DNA from: Caldisericia bacterium
Lineage (GTDB): Bacteria; Caldisericota; Caldisericia; UBA6126
Length of the DNA stretch: 64,000 nt
Assembly: GCA_023146045.1 (NCBI GenBank)
Contig: JAGLCW010000105.1
Span: forward strand, 6,506-70,505
Direction: 5' to 3'
Under the pieces are notes generated by a model. The model was given only the letters and a program-made list of their open reading frames with translations, was not told the DNA's origin and did no database searches. The stretch's first letter is position 1. Every line of letters starts with the position of its first letter. The position numbers and the translations under genes are program-made. This document shows positions 58,001 through 64,000 of the stretch, one piece after another.

Positions 58001-59371
58001 GCTTATGTACCATGGCGTGGCTATAATTACCAGGATGCTATTGTTTTAAATCAAAGACTGGTTTCCGAAGACATACTAACTTCTTTACACATAAAAGAAC
58101 ATAAGGTTCAAGTAAGGGATACAAAAGTTGGACCACAAGAGATCACAAGAGATATTCCAAATGTACCTGAAGATCAATTGCGTAATTTAGATGAAGATGG
58201 AGTAATTCGTGTTGGTACAGAAGTTGGACCAAACGATATTCTGGTTGGTAAAATTACTCCAAAGGCTGAGAGCGAGTTTACACCAGAAATGAAGCTTTGG
58301 AGAGCTATGTTTGATAAAAAAGGTCAAGACGTAAAAGATTCCTCGTTAAGAGTCCCACCCGGAGACAGAGGAACAGTTATTGATGTTCAAATACTATCTC
58401 GCCAAGAAGAAGAAAATTTACCAATTGGTGTTAATAAAATTGTAAAAGTATACATAGGCGAAAAGCGAAAAATACAAGTTGGTGATAAGTTGTCTGGAAG
58501 ACATGGTAACAAAGGTGTAATATCTAAAATATTGCCAGTAGAAGATATGCCATACTTGGAAGATGGAACTCAGGTAGATATTGTATTGAACCCACTTGGA
58601 GTACCTTCTAGAATGAATGTTGGGCAGATTATGGAGTGCTTACTTGGTATACTTGCAAAAGAAACAGATTCATACTGCGTAACAACACCATTTGCTGGTG
58701 TTACCCCAGAAGAATTGTTAATGAAACTAGACGAAGATGGAACAACAGAACACGGGAAAAGAGTACTATATGATGGACACACTGGTGAGCCTTTTGAAAA
58801 TAAGGTAACCGTTGGGTATTCTTACATAATGAAGCTCAACCATATGGTTGAAGATAAAATTCACGCTAGATCAATTGGACCATATGCTTTAATCACTCAA
58901 CAGCCGCTGGGTGGTAAAGCTCAATTTGGTGGACAAAGATTTGGTGAAATGGAAGTTTGGGCACTAGAAGCTTACGGTGCTGCATACACATTAAACGAAA
59001 TGTTAACTATAAAATCTGATGATACAGAAGGCAGGGTCAGAGCCTATGAATCTATTTGCAATAGAGACTTGATTCTACCCAGTAGCAACCCTGAATCTTT
59101 CAACGTAATTATCAATGAACTTAAGGGTCTTGGTATAAAAATGGAAATCGTTGAAGATGAAACATTTAAAGAAGATAACTTTGAACTGAAATTACCAGAA
59201 GAGTTAACTGGTCGCGCTAACAACGTACCAGATGACCTAGATGCCGATTTCGAAAACTTTATAAATAGTGATTTAGAATTTACTGGTCTTTTAAAAGACA
59301 GCGAATCTGAAGACGATATTAGCAAAGATGTTGAAGTTACAAAAAATGTTAGCAAGGGGGACCAAAAATGA
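55088..59371 (+). CDS. rpoB: DNA-directed RNA polymerase beta subunit, unusually long (1427 aa) with lineage-specific insertions
   Basis: GTG start after AAGGAG. Universal RpoB blocks are present (GRHGNKGVISKI, NPLGVPSRMN, KLNHMVEDKIHARSIGPY, QQPLGGKAQFGGQRFGEMEVWALEAYGAAYTL). Large extra segments lie between the conserved blocks. Confidence 0.95.
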   Translation: MSQQSFTIQDLNKIKQDFCAPNLLEMQRQSFQWLIDKGIQELLKEFEATDSNYESGKVLVRFLGYEINAPKITPSESKTKGKTYKGELRLSIRLTNTELGEEIHLQDKNKRIAVGEFPYMTPTGSFIINGIERVVVGQLTRSPGVYFEKSISVKTGDPVYKATIIPDRGSWIEFETNEDGAVFVFLDKRSKKLPATIVLRALGLTDQELKEELKDDTVVELRTNSKEFFSAAGKVLDDDIYDLQTGEDLYKKGTVLTLDILEEIAKTNISVIHIYDRALSRFALATLEEDNTEDEENAKKLIFMKLRPGERYTKENADIQFRQVLTDPRRNDLGEVGRFKMNKKLGLNSEERVITKDDLVRIIQYFAKIEHNTGQTDNRDHLGNKRLRLVGELLKNSMRIGLHRVMKNTYEKISVTPWEEIHKHTSNIINPRPLEASIKEFFSMGQLSQFMDETNPIAALTHKRRISALGPGGLHRERAGAEVRDVHHSHYGRICPIETPEGENVGLINSLAVYSKIDDRGFIVATYKIVKDCQVLDETVSIIADDEEDKFIGQFDTPIDENGYITSDDVLCRHGNVYETVPKEKVNLMDLSPLQVFSVSAGLIAFLEHDDANRALMGCNMQHQAVPLIKPEIPYAGTGLEEKAAVDSGAVELSPDEGIVVYVDSKQIAIASPEYGTEKVSIGAFNVSLIDKILAQDIPGIAEIGQPITGNLLHKLFYEGYTSVAYTDTKVFEKIDLAELVIYEKNEALIGRKLIEDVCTSTNKVLIAAGREISKGLIDRLIGAKIAMVKVDGIMGGEEEVPVFEIKYISKDNISTDKILVHSDPMYEKIQYGHQLTPTVFSLLKEGNTRNIVLVSPDDLKYAEPFILSPKLHKKALLAEEVIVGAEVIVGKDEVVTRDMIVSFVKNNIEKITINKTKNIELTKFRRTNQDTVVNKYPMVESGDRITKKSPIINGQACDRGRLALGQNLLTAYVPWRGYNYQDAIVLNQRLVSEDILTSLHIKEHKVQVRDTKVGPQEITRDIPNVPEDQLRNLDEDGVIRVGTEVGPNDILVGKITPKAESEFTPEMKLWRAMFDKKGQDVKDSSLRVPPGDRGTVIDVQILSRQEEENLPIGVNKIVKVYIGEKRKIQVGDKLSGRHGNKGVISKILPVEDMPYLEDGTQVDIVLNPLGVPSRMNVGQIMECLLGILAKETDSYCVTTPFAGVTPEELLMKLDEDGTTEHGKRVLYDGHTGEPFENKVTVGYSYIMKLNHMVEDKIHARSIGPYALITQQPLGGKAQFGGQRFGEMEVWALEAYGAAYTLNEMLTIKSDDTEGRVRAYESICNRDLILPSSNPESFNVIINELKGLGIKMEIVEDETFKEDNFELKLPEELTGRANNVPDDLDADFENFINSDLEFTGLLKDSESEDDISKDVEVTKNVSKGDQK

Positions 59372-61443
59372 AGATTTATGATGCCAAAGACATCCGTAAT
59401 GTAGTTTTAGCAGGACATGGTGGTGTTGGTAAAACGTCAATTGTTGAAGCAATAGCTTACAACACAAAAACTACAGATAGATTTGGAAAAGTATTAGATG
59501 GCAATACTGTCTCAGATTTTGAACCAGAAGAGATTAAACGCCAGATATCTTTATCCTTATCTCTTGTTCCGATAGAGCATAAAGGAATAAAGATAAATCT
59601 TCTTGATTCACCAGGATATTTTGATTTTGTAGGTGAAGTAAAGGCTGCAATGAGAGTAGCAGATAGTGCAATCATTGTTGTCGATGTTGTTTCTGGGTCA
59701 CAAGCTGGAACAGAAAAAACTTTTCAATATGCTGAAGAAAATAATTTACCAACAGCATTTATTGTAAACAAAATAGATAGAGAAAACAGTAATGTACAAG
59801 AATGTACAGAAAAACTAAAAAACCAGTATGGTAAAAAATGTGCAAGAGTTCAAATCCCTTACTTTAAAGATAGAGTATATGAGGGAATGGTTGATATTAT
59901 TCACAGAAAGTATTTTTCCAAAGACGGAAAAGAAGGTGAATTGCCAGAGGAATTATCAGAAAAGGCTTTAAAAACTTATGTGAAGTTGCTAGAAACAGCC
60001 ATCGAAGTAGATGATGAAATTCTAGAAAAATACTTGGGCGGAGCCGAGATTTCTCATGCAGAATTTTTAAAGTGTTTTAAAAAGGCTATTAACCGAAGAA
60101 TAGTTTACCCTATTCTTTATTCTGCTGCTTTGCTTAATGAAGGTGCAGATTCAATATTAGATTTTATATTCACATATATGCCAAGTCCACAGGACCGTGG
60201 AGATGTTACTGCAATCAAGGAAGACAAGTCTGAAACAACTTTCAAAGTTGACAAAAATGGACCTCTTTGTGCTTTAGTTTTCAAGACAATGACAGATCCA
60301 TATGTTGGAAGAATATCTTTAGTAAAAGTTTTTTCTGGAACATTGAAAAGTGATACGAAAATATACAATTCAACTTCTGACGAAAACGAAAAAGTTGGTA
60401 ATCTTGCATCATTTATTGGAAAGAAAGAAGTAAAGTTAGACTGTATCCAAGCTGGTGATATTGGAGCTTTAACAAAGCTTAGTTTCACAAAAACTGGAGA
60501 TACACTTTCAGATACGGATAATAAATTGGACGTGGATTGGATTGCATTGCCAACACCAAATGCAAAAATGTCCCTCAAAGCTGAGAAAAAATCTGATGAA
60601 GATAAATTGGGCTCAGTACTTCCTAAAATCAAAGAAGATGATGTAAGCATTGTCATTGAAAGAAACCCTGACACTGGAGAAACAATTGTATGCGGTATGG
60701 GGGAAACACATCTTAATGTTGCAATGGAAAAAGCAAAAAGGAAATTTGGAGTTTCTTTTGTGTTAAGAGAACCTAAGGTTTCATACAAAGAAACTATCCG
60801 GAAAACAGTTAAGGTTGAAGGAAAACACAGAAAACAATCCGGTGGACATGGTCAATTTGGTCATTGTTGGTTGGAAGTTGGTCCTTCTGACAAAGGAGAA
60901 GCCTACCAGTTTGAAAATAAAATATTTGGTGGGTCAATACCAAAACAATATATTCCAGCAGTAGAAAAAGGAATTCATGAATCAATGAAATCAGGAAACC
61001 TTGCTGGATACCCAATAGTAAACCTAAAAATAACAATTTATGATGGTTCTTACCACCCTGTAGATTCTTCTGAGCAAGCTTTTAAAATGGCTGGTGCCAT
61101 AGCATTGAGAAAAGCATTAGATGCAGGTGGGACTGTTTTATTAGAGCCGATAATGAGACTTGCAATCCATATACCAGAAGAATACATGGGTGCAATCATT
61201 GACGATATGAATACTAAACGTGGAAGAATAATGAGCATGAATGTTGACAAAATTAAAGGTTGGCAGATTATTGATGCTCAAGCTCCATTGAATGAATTAA
61301 GCCGATTTATTACTGATGTTAACTCAATTTCTGGTGCCCGTGGTTTTTACGAAATGAAATTTTCCCATTATGAAGAGGCACCACCAAAAGTTGTGAAAAA
61401 AGTTGTAGAGCAGTCAAAAAAAGATGCTGAAGAAGCTATTTAG
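59368..61443 (+). CDS. Elongation factor G-family translational GTPase (EF-G paralogue, EF-G2/ribosomal-protection-like), located between rpoB and rpoC
   Basis: 691 aa. G1 is AGHGGVGKTS, G3 is DSPGY, G4 is NKID. Domain III/IV/V patterns of EF-G are present (...GMGETHLNVAMEKAKRKFG..., ...GGHGQFGHCWLEV...). The ATG overlaps the rpoB stop (ATGA). Confidence 0.8.
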   Translation: MKIYDAKDIRNVVLAGHGGVGKTSIVEAIAYNTKTTDRFGKVLDGNTVSDFEPEEIKRQISLSLSLVPIEHKGIKINLLDSPGYFDFVGEVKAAMRVADSAIIVVDVVSGSQAGTEKTFQYAEENNLPTAFIVNKIDRENSNVQECTEKLKNQYGKKCARVQIPYFKDRVYEGMVDIIHRKYFSKDGKEGELPEELSEKALKTYVKLLETAIEVDDEILEKYLGGAEISHAEFLKCFKKAINRRIVYPILYSAALLNEGADSILDFIFTYMPSPQDRGDVTAIKEDKSETTFKVDKNGPLCALVFKTMTDPYVGRISLVKVFSGTLKSDTKIYNSTSDENEKVGNLASFIGKKEVKLDCIQAGDIGALTKLSFTKTGDTLSDTDNKLDVDWIALPTPNAKMSLKAEKKSDEDKLGSVLPKIKEDDVSIVIERNPDTGETIVCGMGETHLNVAMEKAKRKFGVSFVLREPKVSYKETIRKTVKVEGKHRKQSGGHGQFGHCWLEVGPSDKGEAYQFENKIFGGSIPKQYIPAVEKGIHESMKSGNLAGYPIVNLKITIYDGSYHPVDSSEQAFKMAGAIALRKALDAGGTVLLEPIMRLAIHIPEEYMGAIIDDMNTKRGRIMSMNVDKIKGWQIIDAQAPLNELSRFITDVNSISGARGFYEMKFSHYEEAPPKVVKKVVEQSKKDAEEAI

Positions 61444-61487
61444 AAAAATTATGAGCATAATAAGTTCAACAAAAGGGGGTTCTCGTT

Positions 61488-64000
61488 TTGGATAAAAAAC
61501 AAAGACGAGATAACTTTAACAAAGCGCCTAAAGTAACCGATTATGAAGCCATTTCAATTCATCTTGCTAGTGCTGATGAAATTAAAGGTTGGAGTCAAGG
61601 CGAAGTAAAGAAATCAGAAACAATTAGTTATAGGAACTTTAAACCAGAGCCAGATGGACTATTTTGTGAAAGGATATTTGGACCGCATAAAGATTTTGAA
61701 TGTAGATGCGGTAAATACAAAGGAAAAAGATACGAAGGTGTTATTTGTGATAGATGTGGCGTTGAAGTAACAAGGGCATCTGTCAGAAGAGAAAGAATGG
61801 GACATATCTCATTGGCTGCTCCTGTAATTCACATTTGGTATCTAAAAACCGTCCCTTTCATCTCTCTTTTGCTTAATATGACTTCAAAAGCATTACAAGA
61901 AGTAGTCTATTTTGTTAAATACATAGTAGTGGATCCTGGTGATACAGATTTCAAAAAATGCGCAGTAATAAAAGATGATGAATATCGTAGAGCCATTGAA
62001 GAGGGACATTCTTTTGTAGCTGGAAAAGGTGCTGAATCTGTAAAGAAACTTCTTGATGGACTTGATTTATTGGCTTTACGTGAAGAATTAAAAGGCCAAA
62101 TGAATACTACATCACAGCAAAAAAAGAACAAACTAGTAAAAAGACTTAGCGTTGTTCAGGCTTTTCTTTCAACGGAAAGAAGTCCGAGCGATATGGTTCT
62201 TACTGTTGTGCCTGTTATTCCTCCAGATCTAAGACCATTGCTTCAGTTAGATGGAGGAAGATTTGCGACTTCAGACCTAAACACTCTTTATCAAAGAGTA
62301 ATTAACAGAAACAGTAGATTATCAAGACTACTTGAAGTGAATGCTCCAGACATTATGGTGCAAAATGAAAAAAGAATGTTACAAGAAGCTGTTGATGCAT
62401 TATTTGACAATAGTAAAAGGACAAGGCCAGTTCTTGGAACTGGAAATAGGCCATTGCGTTCTTTATCTGATATCTTAAAAGGTAAAGAGGGTAGATTTAG
62501 ACAGAACTTACTTGGAAAACGTGTAGATTTTTCAGGTAGATCCGTTATTGTTGTCAATCCAGATCTTAGAATTGATGAGTGTGGACTTCCAAAAGAAATG
62601 GTTTTAGAGCTGTTCAAGCCTTTTGTTATGGAAAGATTAACAAAAAAAGGACTTGCTCAGAGTTTACGTTCAGCAAAATTGAAAATTGAAAAATATGATC
62701 CTGTAGTATGGAGTGTTCTTGACGAAGTAATTAAAGGACATCCAGTTTTATTAAATAGAGCTCCAACTTTACATAGACTTGGAGTCGAAGGTTTTCACGT
62801 TACTATATGTGAAGGTAAGGCAATACAGATCCCACCTCTAGTATGTCCGCCGTTCAACGCCGACTTTGATGGTGATCAAATGGCTGTCCATGTACCGCTA
62901 TCAATTCCTGCTATTGTTGAGACAGAAACTTTGATGATGTCTAGTAGAAACTTAATGTCTCCTGCTAGTGGATTACCAAGTATGGCTCCAATACATGACG
63001 TTGTTCTTGGTTCATATTACTTAACACTTGAACCACAAGACTACAAAGCAAAAGCAAAAAACACAAAGTTTTTTTTCCATTCACTGGAAGAGGTTTTAGT
63101 AGCCAATGATTACAAAAAAGTTCTTGTTCATGATGTTATAAAAGTTTTAGTAGATGGCGAAACTGTGACTACTACCGCTGGGAGAGTTATCTTTAACATT
63201 TATTTGCGAAAACTTTTGAAAAAACTGAAACACGAACAGTCAGAGTTAGACTTTATTAATGAATCGATGACATCTAAGAAATTGAAAAGAATCATTGTGA
63301 AATTCTACCACAAATTTGGTGAAGAAATTACCGTTGAGTTTTTAGAAAAAATTAAAGAACTTGGATTTTACTATTCAACAAAACCAGGACTAACCGTAGG
63401 TATAGATGACATGGTAGAGTCACCAAAATTACAAGATAGAATTAGAAGTGCAGAAGAAACAGAGGTGCTTTTCAAAAAAGCATTTGCTGACGGTCTTATA
63501 TCTGATCAAGAAAGACATAAAAAGATAATTGACAACTGGAATAATTGTACTTCCGATATTAGAAAAGACGCTTTCAAGAATTTTGCTGCAACAAATCCAA
63601 TTCACATGATGGCATCATCTGGTGCTAGAGGAAACCCTTCACAGGTTTCTCAAATGGTAGGTATTCGTGGTTTAATGCAGGATCCAACTGGAAGAACCAT
63701 TGAGTATCCAATTAAAAACAACCTAAGATCTGGTTTAACTGTGTTAGAGTATTTTATTTCAACTCATGGTGCAAGAAAAGGACAGGCTGATACTGCATTG
63801 AAGACATCAGATTCTGGATATTTAACAAGACGACTTGTAGATGTTGCACATTCAGTTATTGTTAGAGAGAATGACTGCGAGCACATAGTCAAACATAAAA
63901 AAATTGCTGCTGGTAAAACAATCAGAAAAATAGCGCCTCAAATAGTAGGGCTATATTCTGATGCTGATATTCTTAATCCTGAAAATAAAGAACTATTTCT
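61488..64000 (+). CDS. rpoC: DNA-directed RNA polymerase beta' subunit (3'-partial; continues past window end)
   Basis: TTG start after an AAAAGGGGG RBS. A zinc-binding CRCGKYKG...CDRCGVEV is present. NADFDGDQMAVHVP is the catalytic Mg site. The translation is uninterrupted to the window end. Confidence 0.9.
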   Translation, partial: MDKKQRRDNFNKAPKVTDYEAISIHLASADEIKGWSQGEVKKSETISYRNFKPEPDGLFCERIFGPHKDFECRCGKYKGKRYEGVICDRCGVEVTRASVRRERMGHISLAAPVIHIWYLKTVPFISLLLNMTSKALQEVVYFVKYIVVDPGDTDFKKCAVIKDDEYRRAIEEGHSFVAGKGAESVKKLLDGLDLLALREELKGQMNTTSQQKKNKLVKRLSVVQAFLSTERSPSDMVLTVVPVIPPDLRPLLQLDGGRFATSDLNTLYQRVINRNSRLSRLLEVNAPDIMVQNEKRMLQEAVDALFDNSKRTRPVLGTGNRPLRSLSDILKGKEGRFRQNLLGKRVDFSGRSVIVVNPDLRIDECGLPKEMVLELFKPFVMERLTKKGLAQSLRSAKLKIEKYDPVVWSVLDEVIKGHPVLLNRAPTLHRLGVEGFHVTICEGKAIQIPPLVCPPFNADFDGDQMAVHVPLSIPAIVETETLMMSSRNLMSPASGLPSMAPIHDVVLGSYYLTLEPQDYKAKAKNTKFFFHSLEEVLVANDYKKVLVHDVIKVLVDGETVTTTAGRVIFNIYLRKLLKKLKHEQSELDFINESMTSKKLKRIIVKFYHKFGEEITVEFLEKIKELGFYYSTKPGLTVGIDDMVESPKLQDRIRSAEETEVLFKKAFADGLISDQERHKKIIDNWNNCTSDIRKDAFKNFAATNPIHMMASSGARGNPSQVSQMVGIRGLMQDPTGRTIEYPIKNNLRSGLTVLEYFISTHGARKGQADTALKTSDSGYLTRRLVDVAHSVIVRENDCEHIVKHKKIAAGKTIRKIAPQIVGLYSDADILNPENKELF

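Noticed and set aside
1-64000. Search for CRISPR arrays, rRNA genes, integrases/transposases, phage genes and restriction-modification or toxin-antitoxin pairs.
   Set aside because: I saw no regular direct-repeat/spacer periodicity, no rRNA-like conserved stretches, and no proteins with integrase, transposase, Cas, methyltransferase or nuclease-toxin signatures. The window reads as core chromosome.

Overview
This is an AT-rich (about 30% GC), very gene-dense stretch of a bacterial chromosome. I saw no CRISPR array, no rRNA, and no integrase, transposase or phage genes. Confident housekeeping calls are: pyrC-pyrK-pyrD (minus strand), purF, a five-gene tRNA cluster on the minus strand (Leu-Val-Asp-Phe-Asp), secG, coaX, dus, greA-lysS-hutH (start/stop overlapping), uvrC, pfkA, coaD, rsmD, alr, sucC-sucD, hutI, acpS, rpoB, an EF-G-family GTPase, and the 5' part of rpoC. 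Less certain calls include a two-subunit aconitase-X (AcnX) pair next to a CocE/NonD hydrolase, an ECF sigma factor with a putative anti-sigma partner, and many secreted or surface proteins. These include proteins with copper-amine-oxidase N-terminal (CAO-N) repeat domains, thioredoxin-fold CxxC proteins (one with a dockerin-like tail), and tandem PpiD/SurA-like and NTF2-like paralog pairs. The points most worth following up are: (1) a full-length EF-G paralogue inserted in the conserved rpoB-rpoC junction, with its start overlapping the rpoB stop; (2) a YchF homologue whose nucleotide-binding motifs look degenerate, coupled to sucCD and hutI; (3) an unusually long RpoB (1427 aa) with large insertions; (4) a GreA with a lysine-rich N-terminal extension. 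All calls come from reading the translations and sequence by eye. No database search was run.
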